Shown here: positions 24,044 to 36,762 of the stretch, in pieces | Layout: each line of letters opens with the position of its first letter | Position numbering within the stretch: position 1 is the stretch's first letter | DNA from: Piedraia hortae CBS 480.64 | Lineage: Eukaryota | Direction of reading: 5' to 3' | DNA length: 64,000 bases | Assembly: GCA_010093745.1 (NCBI GenBank) | Contig: MU005972.1 | Coordinates: forward strand, 197,170 to 261,169 | Position numbers and translations under genes: made by a program | Notes under the pieces: generated by a model | Told to the model about the DNA's origin: nothing | Seen by the model: only the letters and a program-made list of their open reading frames with translations | Databases searched by the model: none

Positions 24044-25003
24044 TTTGGCAGTTGCTTTGGTACGTTTATTCTTTGCGAGTGTATCAAGGTAGTCTTGTGC
24101 GTTGTCCTTGCGTGGTTGTGTGCGGTCGGCTCAGTGGCGGAATTATCTGCGTGTGCCAAGGGCCACGCTAGCGTGTTTTGGGGTTAGCGTGGACGTAACA
24201 CGTTGAGTGTCTGACTGCGTATGAGGTCTGGAGCCTCAGCGGTACTCCAAGAGCTTTTGTCCCCTCCGAGCGGGTCCAACTGAGCTACGCCAAAGTTAGA
24301 CGGTGACCAAATGGCGAGTATCGGGTCCATAATCAATGGAAGCGGCCTCCCGTGATGTACACGACCTGGCCTTCCGGCTAGTAATCACGAATCAAGTGTA
24401 CCGTCAAGCCTGGGCACGCCAGACACTGGATGCAGCGGATATTGTACATGGTGGGCCCATTCCTCTGCCAGATCGATCTGCCACATCCAGGTTCGACGAT
24501 ACTGCCTAAGGGTGTCCACAGAAAAGCACAACTCCTGATACTGCAGACAATTCGGCGAGTTGCATTTTCCCTTTTCATGTTTACACACCAGCTGGGTGGT
24601 TCTAGTACTGCCTCCAAAAAGGATCCATATCGCGAAGACGTTGCAACCGATCGACTGCAACAAGCAGCTAGATCACCGGACATTCCCTACGAGCCGCCGT
24701 CGCCCTTACCAAGATGCTCAGCAAGAGCTTTATCCAGAGTCCATACAGTCTGATCTCCATCTCATCCGCTACCATTTCTTCAGCCTCTGGTCACCCAGCG
24801 CCTTGCGCATGATCTCCTGCCTTTTCTTTGTGCATCAACCGGCAACGCTATTTCCCCTCTCTCCTTTCCTTTGATTATCTTTGATTGCCCATCTGTGAGT
24901 CACTCCACACCCAATCACCAGTAACAACGCCCCATCCCTCTAGCAACCTCCCCAACCCACCCCACAAAAGCCCTTGTTCTTTTACAAACACCCAAACACA
25001 ACA

Positions 25004-25799
25004 ATGTCATCCTCCACGACCCTGCCTCACGCATTCCCCAAACCCTTCGCCTCTTACTTAAAAACCAAGCTCATCTACGACTTGGACCTCTACGAACACC
25101 GCGTCAGCCTCACTAGCAACCGTCCCCCTTTACCTCAACCCGCTCTAAAACTAACCGAAATCCCACCCCCCTCCCTTAACCTAGAAATCAACGCCGCCAA
25201 TCTCCTAGAATCTCTAGCCAACAATCTAGTCTGCTCCCTCGCCCTCAATAAGATCCACGAAGACACATTCGAAGAAACCTTCCACTATGCCTGTATTTGC
25301 GACCTGGCGAATTCGTTGGCCAACGACCTCGTAGCCCAGATGCTGGCGAGGAAGCTGGTGCGTGTGGACGGCGTGATGACGTGTCAGTATATGAAGGTTC
25401 TTGGAGATGAGTTCGCTGGGGTTCTGGAGGAGTATAGAGATAGGACCCTTGAAGGGGTGGATGGTGAAGGTAAGTTTTTTCGTATTTACAGACCCCTTCC
25501 GCGTTTGTGGGGAGGGTTGATGTTGCTGTTTTCCACATGCGCCCGCCATCCCGACCTGGATTCATGCTGATGGTTTGATAGAACAGGAGAAACGCGCTGC
25601 GAAGAAGAAGAAACGCGCTAATAAGAATCGTAATCGGAAGTTGAAGAAGAAGGCGGCGAAGGAGGGGATGGGTGATAATGAGGAGGATGGTGAGGGAGGT
25701 GAGGAGGAGGGAGGTGAGGAGGATGGTGAGGGAGGTGAGGAGGAGGGAGGTGCAGCTGACGAGGATGCTGATGATGATGGGGAGTATGAGTTCTTCTAA
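25004..25799 (+). CDS. Hypothetical protein with basic then acidic low-complexity tail; predicted intron 25470-25580
   Basis: ATG in acaacaATG context. A GTAAGT donor and CTGAT..TAG acceptor join to EQEKRAAKKKKRANK...GEEEGGEEDG. The tail contains a 36-bp tandem duplication (~25680-25751). No family recognised. Confidence 0.55.
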
Positions 25800-26691
25800 T
25801 CGAAAACGAACCATGAGTGGATTAGCATGGTCTCTTGCGGGGGACAGTGTAATATATAAATGGGTTGCTCCTAAACTAAATTCTATAAGGTGAGACGGGA
25901 GAGGGTTGCGTTGGGACCAACAGTGATAAGCGAAACCCCTGCAACAAGGAAAGCATATTCTTAGCGTACTATCCAGCTACCCAGGAAAATTTTTCTACAT
26001 GGGGACAATGTAGACGCGACTACGCGATGCGGCCGTTCGTCTGCAAAGGGGAACTTAGACACGGAGCCTCACTCCATGACGAATTCATGCCCCAAAAGGA
26101 AGGGCATTTTGACAAAGGAGAACAAAAATTTGTGAAACTTACGTGTGGAAGACCGAGCGTACGATCATGTACATATATAGGTATATGTGTCTGAGCTCAG
26201 GGGTTTGATTTGGGCTCGTGGTTGAGAAGTACAAGCCCTTCCAAAAAGCCAATACATCGTCTATTGTTCCAGATGAATCTATGTAGACGCTGGCAAGGCA
26301 GATGTGCAGCACACCCTTCCGTGGGATGAAAGCAAGGTTTGCTAGGGTTTTACCTTTCGTTCCGCTGGCGTATTTGTCTCTGGATGACAAAATCAACAAA
26401 TTTGCTCGCGATATGTATTTTTGTCTTAGCGCGAGGGAGTTGCAAGTGTCTGGTGTGTTTGTAGCTGGAGAAGAAAGGCGGACATATAAATCACGAAACC
26501 TCAAATTGGTTTCTCAGTGATCTGACTCCCTGAGTGCGCATGTTCGTTGACAAAAATATTGTCAACTACAGTTTTACATATATATATTTAAAAAGACAAC
26601 AACCATTAACACGACAAAGCCCCACCCCTCGCACAACGCACCCCCCAATCCAGTGACCACTCAACGATCCGCGCCTCGCCACCCCACCTAT

Positions 26692-29506
26692 TCAAATACG
26701 TTCCGGATGCTGTCTCATAAAAGCCTTGTGAGCATTCCTCGACAACATACTCGGAAGCACACAAATCGGATGCACCATCACATTCCTAAAACCCCTTTCA
26801 GTTAAACTGACTGTCAGACAATCAAGCCTTGGCATATGTTTTTGCAAAATCCCATCGACTTCCTTCGCGGTACTGCTAACCCTCCGAGGTATGATGATGA
26901 TGATGAATAATGAATCAATTTAAAGTGCTATCTGGTTCGCTTGCGGGTCTATGAGCACTCTGTCAATTTTAGCTGTCGCGAGCAAATTTTACCCCCAGCT
27001 GCTGCCGGAGGTATGTAAAATATCGCCTCCTCCACGCTCGTCATCTACTTTTTCAGTGCTTGCCTTGGAGGCTCAGCCGCATCTGTCGGTGCTCCCGTTG
27101 GTGGAAAGCTTACCATGATGCATGATGAGGCGGTTGGAATACCTCCCAACCGCTCACGTCCTTCCGTTCATCCGACAAGGCCACCCGAAACTGTTCAAGG
27201 ACCTCTGCGCGTAGCAGCCATATGGCGGCGTATTGAACTCTCTCTTTATCTTGCAACAGGACCTCTCGAAGCCGGGTAATACCTGCAGTTTCCATCAGCC
27301 ATCTCCGAGCTTCGGCCAGGTTGGGGCAGACACCAAGAATATGATCCAGTGTCTGCTTTTGCTGCCCGTAGGTGCACGCCGGGTGTACATCGGGGACGCC
27401 AATCCGGGCCAACCACTCGTTAAGCCCCAAGTCCTCTGTGCTTGGCAGACATTGGTTGCTGTGCCTCCGTCTGCCGTGACGTCTCCCAGCAATGTGTGCG
27501 TCCGTGGTCCAGACCTGGCCAAGGGCTCTTTCGATGTCAATTGTCACTTCGTCGTTCCGGCTCTGCACGGCTTTCTTCGTAGCCAAGGTCTGTAGATGGA
27601 GGTCTTTGGGGGCAGTATCTGCCTCTCGCTCGATTGCAGCAGTAGGCGTCCGTTTATAAACGCCTACGATTTTCCTGATGTATTTGTTCTACACGTTCGC
27701 CAGGGGTGCTATGGAGCTCTTGGGAATTGGTTTGCCACCTTTCGCGACAGCCCAGACCTGTGAACCATACGCCATGATGGGTCTTGTGACGGCATTGTAT
27801 AAAATCCGTGAGCTCCGCACTGACTGTCCCCACACGGAGGATGTCATGCATGCTGTGGCCTCAAAGGTCTTCAGGCCCTAGGCCGCTGCTCTTTCGATGT
27901 GATCTTTCCAAGAGAGGCGCGGATCCAGCCAAACCCCCAGTACTCGTAGTGAGCCTACTCGCTCCGCATCATGTCCCTCGTCTGTGACCCTTCGCCTTTT
28001 GGTAAAATGCATGATCCGATACTTTTCCGGCACGAATTGGCACCATATCGTTTGGCCCACGCGAGATATCTGTCGTGCGCCGCTGTCACACGTCTGCAAT
28101 TGTCCTTAGCAGAGTCACTCCATGCTACCAGGGTCGTATCGTCTACAAAGCCGAAGCCAAGGATATCGTCATGTACGTGGTCAAAGAGTTTTAGCAGGTC
28201 GGCGATGAAAAATAAGAACAGAGCTGGAGACAGAGTGGAGCCCTGGGTAATCCCCGTTTCTGTGCGAAACCACCGACTTTCATAGTCGGAGAAGGCAAGT
28301 TTCGTCGGTCGGCCAGTCAAGAATGACTGGACCAGCTTCCCGGGTATAATATCGCGATAAAGCCGCAGAAACCTCAGATGTGGAAACGTAACGCAACTAT
28401 CCTCCGTCAGAGCATCCAGATCCTCGTCCAGGTATAGGCTGCACGTGATAATGCCAGCGCAGGATCGCCCAAGCGCAACAAGTGTTTTTGATGTGAGTTG
28501 GTTTTTGCCATAGAGGTCGAAATTTTGAAGGTCGGGCAGGTGGGCGAATAGGCAGGCAAGGTCTTCGTCTCGCGGGCCATTTTCATAGTTGTGGCAGCGG
28601 ATTGTCAGGCTTTGTAGTTTTGTGGGGTTTTCGAGGAGGCGGAGGTGATGTGAATGAGCATTGGAGGGAAGGAGTCCGTATTGGAGTGTTAACCGTGTTA
28701 GGTTTCAAAATTTGCCGAGAGATTCAAAGACGAGTTCCCGATTTTCGATGATTCCGGGTACGCAGATATTGTGGAACATTACGTTTAATTTTTGGAGATT
28801 TGGGGCGATATCGGGTAAGAGTATTATTTCAGTGCCGTTGTCGACTTGGACGTGCAGCTTTTGGGGACTTGGGAAAGGAGATGGATTATGGGTTGCCAGG
28901 TCTCGAATGGAGTCGGTTTCGATCTTTGGGGGTAGCTCAAGGCGCCGAATGTTGACACGACTAGCGAGATAGAACACGACCTCTGATGGAAATGCTTGAT
29001 TTCTAGAGTCAAGATATAGTTCCAGCCACTCTAGCAAGGGGAACGAACTTAAAAATTGCAGTACATCCATCTGGGACTTTGGGAATCCAGTGACTTTCAA
29101 TATCCTCAGGTTTCTGCATTTCTCAGCCAGTTTTGCTAAGAATTCTCTCTTTCCACCAACCCATGCTATCTCAACATTAATTGGATTTGCTGAGAGATAT
29201 TGATCAAGGAAATCTCCGAGGGATCCAGCTTCTGGAAGAGGTACAATGGTGAGTTGTCGGAGCAGCGGAAATGATAAAAATTGCTCGTTGCATCGTGAAA
29301 TTGCGTCTGAATCAATTTTAAGACGTCGGACTTTTCGAGCCCGCGTCGATGATAAAAGTGAGCCGAGGTTTACATTTCGCTGCCTTATTTCCGTTGCGAC
29401 GTCTGCCCAGGCTTTGCAGACCTCGGAAGCAGTGCGCAGACATCGATTGTCGCCTTCGAGGTTCTCCAGGATTTTTCATCAAAATCTCTGCTGGTACAGG
29501 ATTTAT
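26692..29506 (-). pseudogene. F-box/LRR(RNI-like) protein pseudogene interrupted by a LINE fragment
   Basis: PVPAEILMK[extra A]ILENLEGDNRCLRTASEVCKAWAD (F-box-like), then LRR-like repeats (FPLLRQLTI, CRNLRILKV, FPLLEWLEL, APNLQKLNV, LPDLQNFDL, FPHLRFLRL). Premature TGA at 28705-28707. The C-terminal remainder (..ILQKHMPRLDCL..HPERI*) resumes at 26892. The 5' end was not located. Confidence 0.85.
26893..28342 (-). mobile_element. 5'-truncated, degenerate non-LTR retrotransposon (Tad1-like LINE ORF2 fragment)
   Basis: RT motifs SFLTGR..GITQGSTLSPALF..GFVDD..LRVLGVWLDPRLSW and a degenerate C-terminal knuckle CTYG..QTLDHILGVC. It has stops and a frameshift, a 3' (CAT)n tail, and flanking GGTAT direct repeats at 26888-26892 and 28343-28347. 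Confidence 0.9.
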
Positions 29507-30466
29507 CTGTGCGACTCAGCTTGTTGGGAATGTGCTGGCGATCTGAATACCGCAAGCCTTGCCAATAAGGTTAATCTCGGATCTGCTTGCCCGAATAAGC
29601 TTAACCGTATTGACCTTCTGTGCACCGTATACATAGACGTACCCCGCTGAGGGCATCGCTCCCCAGCTTCATGGATAATGAGATGGAAACAACCCCACTA
29701 CAGTACTCTGCTTAAGGTGATGAGCCTTTAAAGTGAGTCCGAACGGCCATATACTTCATCAAGATTTGCGAACACATTCAATTATATTGCCAAGCCAAGT
29801 CTACGTTTGATCGCTATATAGGGCACCTAGACCGCTAGAGCGCACTGCATTGCCATATATTAAAGATAGCCGTAACGAACAAAGTTGGCCCACTTGAACC
29901 ATGGAAGCTATGTGCGCTACGTATATTCCACCAGCCTCTAACAACCTTGGCAGTCCTGTACAACGGGTTGGCTGCAGATAGATTCCACTGCTCAGACATT
30001 TCTCACGCTGAAGGCCGCATTTGTGGAATGCAAGAGGCTCATTCCAAGAATCGATGGCTGTTTGGGTTGGTATGTAGTTACTATCTCCCTGGGAATGTTT
30101 CTGGTGTACCTACATACATTCTCCAGGACGGGTATGTGGAAGGGCAGATCAAGGTTAAGCTTTACAGTCAGAACAACCACAGGAAAGTGAGGCTGACTAC
30201 TGAATAAACGCAGTACAAAATTCCATTCTCGACTAAGTATATTATAACAAAAACAGCGGTACGCTGAGGCGTTTTCCCTTTTCTGAATTTCTGTCATCAT
30301 CATCGTAAAGTGCTCCACAATCGCGGATTGAGTTGCCTCTCTTCCAAATCTTTTTTTTTTGGTTTTCGCATCATTTCTTTCGTCATCGGGCGGATTAAAC
30401 AGTACAGAAAATCCAGGTAAAGATCGTGTTGAATTGCCTCCTGTGTTGCCAATGTTTCGTGGCTTG

Positions 30467-32297
30467 TTAGGCCTTCCTCACCACCCTGGCCTTGGGGGGA
30501 CTGGTCTTCTTGATAGAGCCTTTGGCAGATACGCGCGATGTTGGCTTGTCTTGAGTCTTTCGCTTACGTCTGGACCGGGGCTTGAAATCTTTCTCAGGGT
30601 CAAACAACTCAGGAGCGAAGTGAGGGTTCCTAAAGTGCATTGAATTGAGACATGTCCTGTCAACTGTCAGTACAGCACAAAATGTAAACTAGAAAGCCCT
30701 ACGAAAAATTAGCCCTGGAGAGGGGCGGCGACACCCATGGTGTCTTAATCATCTTCTCATCCAGCTCCAGTCGTGACGACCTGAAAGGGTCACGGTTGGC
30801 TTCGCCTTTGATAGTAAGGTTGTCATCGCCTTTGACGTCTTTTGGCGGATTGATGGAGTTGTCCGGTGCCAAAGTGAGGTTACCCATGCATTGCGCGGAC
30901 AGATCCTGGAAGAAATCCGGGCTGGTCAGACTTGCTGAAAAGAATCCCGGGGCAGAGTCGAGGAACACCGGATGGTCAAAGACTAGCTCTTTGGATGCCG
31001 CGCAGCCTGGGGTGACAAGAGCCGGCTGAACAGGCGGAGGGAGGTTGGATGGAGGGCTTTGCAAGGTGTAGCAGTCTGTGAGACAAGCATCGGAAGAGTA
31101 CGTGTTGGAAGCCATGGATGCCGACGCTTCCATGAAGCAATTAGCAAAGACAGCGTCGTCGCCGGCTAAAATATCAGCGGTCGTATGTTGAACAGGCTTG
31201 CTGATGTCATGAGGCTTGTAAATAAGATTGTAGTGTCCGAGATGGTAGTGAAGGCGAATTGAAGTCACATACCGGCTGGCACCACCCTGACCAAAGCGGT
31301 GCGTATAGTTTTCCTTGCCAGGGACAACCATGAAGACTTCCAGTCCCATGTTGACAGGCAAAAGCAATGAGTTGTGGATAGCTTCCAGACCAACAACATC
31401 AATCTCAGATGTGCGGAGAAGGACAGACTCGGTACAGTACTGCTCCACTGTCTGGCCAAACAGCGTGGTGAGATAAGTGTCTGGCTCCATATTCATCATG
31501 GTGGCAGCTAAGGTGCGCAAAAAAGTGGTGACATGGCCTGGAGTGTCTCCGGTGTTGAAGGCGCCAAATAGCAGAGCCATGGCGTTGCCTTCGCCCAGAG
31601 CAATGGCGAGCTTGCGCAAAAGCTCGACCACGGCATCATGGTGCCAACAGAATTTGTATGCCTCCGAACCAAGCGACGAAACGATCATATTAGCAAGCGA
31701 GTTGAGACGCGATTCCTCCTGGAGGAACAAGGCCTTGTCGCCCAACCGTACCAAGGCCTCAAAATAGCCAAAGCCAACAGCACGCCATCCGCATCCGCCG
31801 CCACTACGCAAGGTGCGGTAGTGCGAGTAGATGGGAGACAGGCACTGTTTCAAAGTCAGCTAATAATCAAGCGCTTGAGGGTGAATGACCTGTAGGTTGG
31901 CCTGCAATGCTGGATCGGTCCAAGTTGGCTCAGCAGGAATAGCCTGAGTGGACAGGCAAGGCCCGACCAAGGGCGAAGACGTATTCAGGCCTGGTTCACA
32001 GGTGAGACATTTGAGCCGGGGATACTCGGCATCATTTCCAAAAGGCAGATGAGGATAAGATGAGATATTGAGCCGGCTCACGGCAACCTCGAGCTGCTTA
32101 TCAAGCTCAGCTTGCTGCTTCTCTGGACTGACACCTCGCTGCTCATACAGCCGACAAAGATGATCCTGCTGCTGAGTCGAAGCCTCTGTTGACGGGTTGC
32201 TGAGACGGTAGGACCAAGTCCTTGTCAGGTCAGGGCAAGGGTATACCTGTGTTTGAGCAGGTTGGTAATAGTTGACATAGTGTGTGGGAGCATCCAT
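30467..32297 (-). CDS. Divergent otubain-like deubiquitinase (peptidase C65), 2 predicted introns
   Basis: YSHYRTLRSGGGCGWRAVGFGYFEAL and IRLHYHLGHYNLIYK resemble the otubain catalytic Cys and His regions. The C-terminal PFRSSRLE..HFRNPHFAPE resembles fungal otubain tails. Confidence 0.75.
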
Positions 32298-32882
32298 TGT
32301 CTAGATGCAGTTGAACGGCAGAGGGGGCCCCGACCATATGAATACCTGACACTGTGGCCCAAATGAAAAACCGAAAACTCGGATGCACAAACGCTCAGAT
32401 CAACAGCCGGAGATGCTTGGGCGTAGGATTGAGATGAACGGATGGTACCCACAGTTTCCGTTTATTCGGGGCTGGCTAATGTGGCCCCTGGCAGATCTGT
32501 CACCAGCCGCGTCCCACCTAGGTCAGTAACCAGTGGAGGGGGAGAGAAAGATATGAATGGATGAGGAGAAAGTGGAAGCGAGGGGATAAAGAAGATTTAT
32601 AAGAAAAAAAATTCCGATGAAGGGCCACGCCCCGGTAGGAAGAGGGGGGGGTGGGAGAGAGGGGGGAAGAGAAGGGTTTAGTCGATATCACCACCACCAC
32701 CACATTGCAATCGTTCTAATGCCGCTACCAGAACGCAGGCACCAAAAGCCGAGCAGCCTCATGTCAATCACACCGAAGCCCACCCAGGCTGTCGGGTCTC
32801 TCGGCGCTGTGTATGCAGAGGCAAAACGCCATTGTACAACCAGCACAGGAGTTCTACACCGAACGATGCGTCACCTCATCGA

Positions 32883-32956
32883 CGCCGGTGTCTATTGCAT
32901 GCGCCGCTGTGCAACGTCGCCGATGTCTTTTGCATGCGCCGCTGTGCGACGTCGCC
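32883..32956. repeat. 35-bp imperfect tandem repeat (2 copies)
   Basis: cgccggtgtctattgcatgcgccgctgtgcaacgt / cgccgatgtcttttgcatgcgccgctgtgcgacgt. Confidence 0.85.
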
Positions 32957-33386
32957 AGGAAAAGGTGAGGTGAAGTTCGGATATGGCTCGGCCCGCTTGG
33001 CGCCAAGGCCACGGGTGGATCGTGCAAAACCAGTACACTCGACAAACTCGACGGGCGATAGCATGGATGAATAGAGCGGAAAGCGGCAGAGTGGCATTTA
33101 TCACGTTTGCACCCGGGCTACAGAAGGCTACAGGCATAAGTGGTGGGGGTGTAGATGCATAGGATAGGACGATCCGTATCAGACAAAGTGGGTCAAAAGA
33201 CCCTGCATTGCCCCGCACTGCGTACCACACCCCGCAGGACCGAGCAAGTCCGTGAGATCTGCACTGTCCATCCATCGGGAACTTGCACCCAGAAGCCCAC
33301 ATTGCCGCCAAGGAACAACCAAATACGCCCTCTCGGACTTGGCTTCCAAATCCTGGGCTGTTCCAAATTTTCGAGTATTGCTTCCC

Positions 33387-34825
33387 TCACCTGTTCATCC
33401 GTCTCATGGAGCCCATCTCAGGCTCGTCGGAGGTTGTGAAGAAGTTGCTATCCAACACGGCACGGGCCAGGCCGCGGACAGATTCCGTCCACTGGGACAC
33501 GGCAGCCAGCCGCTCCTCACCGTCCCGCTCCTCGATCTCGACACGCCCGTCGCCCTGTTGAATCAGTCCGCGCAGGCGTCCGTCCATGATGAGGAAGGCT
33601 ACAATGTCTTGCACCTCCGCTTCGGAGATGTGGAGCCGTTGTGCGATGACGTCTAGCCGGAACCGAGAGTACGGCGCCACTAAACGCGCCACGGCCTTGG
33701 TGCGCATGTTCCGTGTCACCTCATCAATGTTCTCGGCGATAAAAGGGTCAGCGAGGAGATCTGGGTTACTGGCCAGGACTGCCTCATAGCGTCGCACGTC
33801 CTCTTGCTGGTAGGCCTCGACGAGCTCCGTCATAGCTGTGATGCGCTTGTCGTTGCGGTATGGCTTCGTCTCCTGCGATTCAAAGGGGTTGATATTAGAG
33901 CCCATCAGCATTGTCGTCAGAACCAGATACTTGAGCACCTGAATGCGCTGCAGCGACCCGGCTTCGTCGTAGTTGCGGAACGACTCAAAGAAGTCGCTCT
34001 GTGCCTCCTTCCAGTTTTCCTCGCTCATGTACATCTTGCCGCCGCACTCGCGAATGACGCCCATGATGTTGGGGTGCGGCACCGCCGATCGTACTCGCAG
34101 CGCACGCTCGTACAAGCCCTTGAGCCGCTTATTGTTGCGCGTGGCCGCGTACATTTGAATCTCCAGAGCATATGTCTCCAGAGAATATGTGCCTTTGCTT
34201 GCATCGTCGCTGCCGTCAGGTCGCTGGCACGCCAGGTGTAGCTCACGACATTTGTTCGTCAACCTCGTGTAGTCCTTTTGCGCCAGCCACAGCCGCGCCA
34301 GCTTTGTGTTGGTCGATAGCCATAATCGCTCGTTGTTGCTGGCCTGGAACGATTCCAGCGTGCGCTTGTAAAACTCCTCCATGCATTCGTGCGCTGCGTT
34401 GCCTTCTGCGTGCTTCTCCAGAAAGTCTAGCATATTATTGATAGATTTCTCAGCATAGTTGCGCGTCACGGCCGACTTCACATATGTCAGCAGCTCTGCA
34501 TAGTGCTCGACAGCCTTTGTGTAGCGGCCCAGCTTGAATTCCAGTTTGATGGCCTGCTTCAGGCCCTTGAAGCCCCAATCGCCCTTTTCCTCCTCCAGCG
34601 CCAGTACACCCAGAAATTCTTCAATTGCCTCTTCGGGCTCGTCGGCCTTCATCTGCTTGGCATTGTAGTATTTGTTCTCCACATCAACATCGCCATCTTG
34701 CATCCCCGCATCGTCGTCTTCGTATTCAAAGTCATAACTGGCTGTGTGAGCGCACATATCAATTCATTTGAGACTGCTTACTCTTCCTCGTCAGACGCTT
34801 GCATAAAATCATCGTCGTCGGACAT
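33387..34825 (-). CDS. CSN2: COP9 signalosome subunit 2 (PCI domain), 1 intron near the 5' end
   Basis: MSDDDDFMQASDEE|..YDFEYE..DVENKYYNAKQMK..WGFKGLKQAIK..NERLW..GVIRECGGKM..FESFRNYDEAG..INPFESQETKPY. Confidence 0.96.
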
Positions 34826-35016
34826 GATAGGCAGCGGTCGGAAATGATCGTCTGAAGTTTGTTGGAGATGTGCATTACGTAATCATGAGGGGGCATTTGT
34901 CAAGCGGAGCTGTTCCGCAGATGCTGGGGTAAGGTGCAAGTCCCAAAACGGACTAGCCAACTTGACTCCCCACGTCTTGACAGGCAACAGCAGAGAAACA
35001 GAAGAACAGAGTCAAT

Positions 35017-35837
35017 ATGGGCGGCGATTTGAATCTCAAAAAGTGTAATGATCTCTTACTTGACGATCAGGCTGCGTCTAACAAATCACAGCATGGCATC
35101 CGTCGTTAATGGCGAATCAGCGGCGCGTTCACGAGGAAGAAAGTAAAGCGTTAGCCGAACGTCGACGAACAGAGCAGGTTCTGAAGGAGCGGGCCGAAGA
35201 ACGCGCCCAAGAAGAATTGCAGCGGCAGCTGGAGGAGGCAGGAGGGAGGAAGAGGCTGCAGAGGGTCGAGTGGATGTACAATGGCCCAGGAACCGGCGGT
35301 CCGGGGGCGGGCGGTGCGGTGAGCGAAGAGATGGAGGGCTATCTTTTGGGAAAGCGACGGCTAGATGGCCTGCTAAAGCGAACGCAAGACGAGCTGGTCA
35401 AGGACAATGAGGCTGTATCAGGTTCCATGGGCGCGAGTGTCACCAACGCCCGCGATGTGGCGAGGAAAGTGGCGGACGACCCCTTACTGGCCATAAAAAA
35501 GCAAGAGCAAGCCGCATATGAAGCTCTAATGAATGACCCCAATCGAAGAAGGGCGCTACTGCAGGCCGCTGGCCATCGCGAAGATTCTGGACGCCATAGC
35601 AGGCATAGGCGCCATACTGATAGGCATAATGGAGGTCGAGAGCGAAGAAAAGATGGCTCAAGGAGACGCGACAGCAGACGGTCTCGGTCTCGGTCTCGGT
35701 CTCCGCGAAGGTACGACTATGACGGATGTCGACGACGACATGGTGACGAGAGAAGGCAGCGATATGATGACCATGGTCGGCGATGGCACGAGCACGACGC
35801 ACGACGGTCGGACAGGGCAGATGAAGATTACCGGTGA
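35017..35837 (+). CDS. CWC25: Pre-mRNA splicing factor Cwc25, 1 intron
   Basis: MGGDLNLKK|SWHPSLMANQRRV.., RVEWMY, EMEGYLLGKRR, DDPLLAIKKQEQ and an RS-rich tail. Confidence 0.92.
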
Positions 35838-35991
35838 TTAATAGAGTAATCAATTAAAATTAGGCAATCTGCGCCTCCCACGTCAATCAAAACCGTAAAT
35901 AGGTTAGCCTCATCTGGAAGATGACATCCACCACCACCACCACTGTCCGCCATCCTGATACCCATACCTACTCACATATTTATCCCTAATA

Positions 35992-36762
35992 ATGCCCCTC
36001 TGTGGCAGCGGAAAGACAGTACAGCGGAAGCTGGTGTTGTTGTTCGTCTCCCCAATCGGCGCCTCTGCGCAACGCTAACACTGACAGAGGCGATGGCGCG
36101 TGCGGAAAGACTTCGCTCCTCAACGTCTTCACCCGCGGCTTCTTTCCCACCGTATAGTAAGAATGCAGTCCCTACTGCCTTGACGTCGGCTGAGCAGTGA
36201 ACAGCGAGCCTACAGTGTTTGAAAACTATGTGCATGACATATTTATAGACAACGTTCACGTCGAGCTTTCGCTATGGGACACGGCTGGGCAGGAAGAATA
36301 TGACCGGCTACGCTCGCTCTCATACGATGACACACACGCCATAATGCTTTGCTTTTCCGTCGACAATCCGGATTCGCTAGAGAACGTCGAGGCAAAGTGG
36401 GTGGGCGAGATTGCCGACAACTGCCCCAATGTGAAGCTGCTGCTTGTCGCGCTCAAGTGCGATCTGCGCGAACAAAGAGCCGACGAGGAAGATTCAGTTG
36501 TAGCTACACAATCCTCGACTGAGCCCAAAAGGCCTATGGTCGACTACCAACAAGGCCTAGCAGTCGCGGAGAAGATCAAAGCGTTACGATATCTGGGTAA
36601 ATTTTCCCGCCTGGTTTTCCTTTCAATGCTAATACAGCTTTAGAATGCTCGGCAAAGAAGAACAGGGGCGTCAACGAAGCTTTCACAGAAGCTGCTCGCA
36701 TCGCTCTCTCGGTCAAGATTCCGGGTGTGAAGGACAGAAAGGGCCGTTGTGCTGTCATGTGA
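35992..36762 (+). CDS. RHO3: Rho-family GTPase Rho3, 3 introns
   Basis: MPLCG..[65 protein letters not shown]..CAVM (CAAX). Confidence 0.95.

Noticed and set aside
26139..26520. 121-aa and 72-aa ORFs beside the F-box pseudogene; likewise 13006..13236 and 29992..30318
   Set aside because: They are short, mostly lack ATG starts and show no recognisable homology. They could be gene remnants but I cannot support that.
32883..32956. 35-bp repeat as a possible CRISPR-like array
   Set aside because: Only two adjacent copies with no spacers, no cas genes, and a eukaryotic context.
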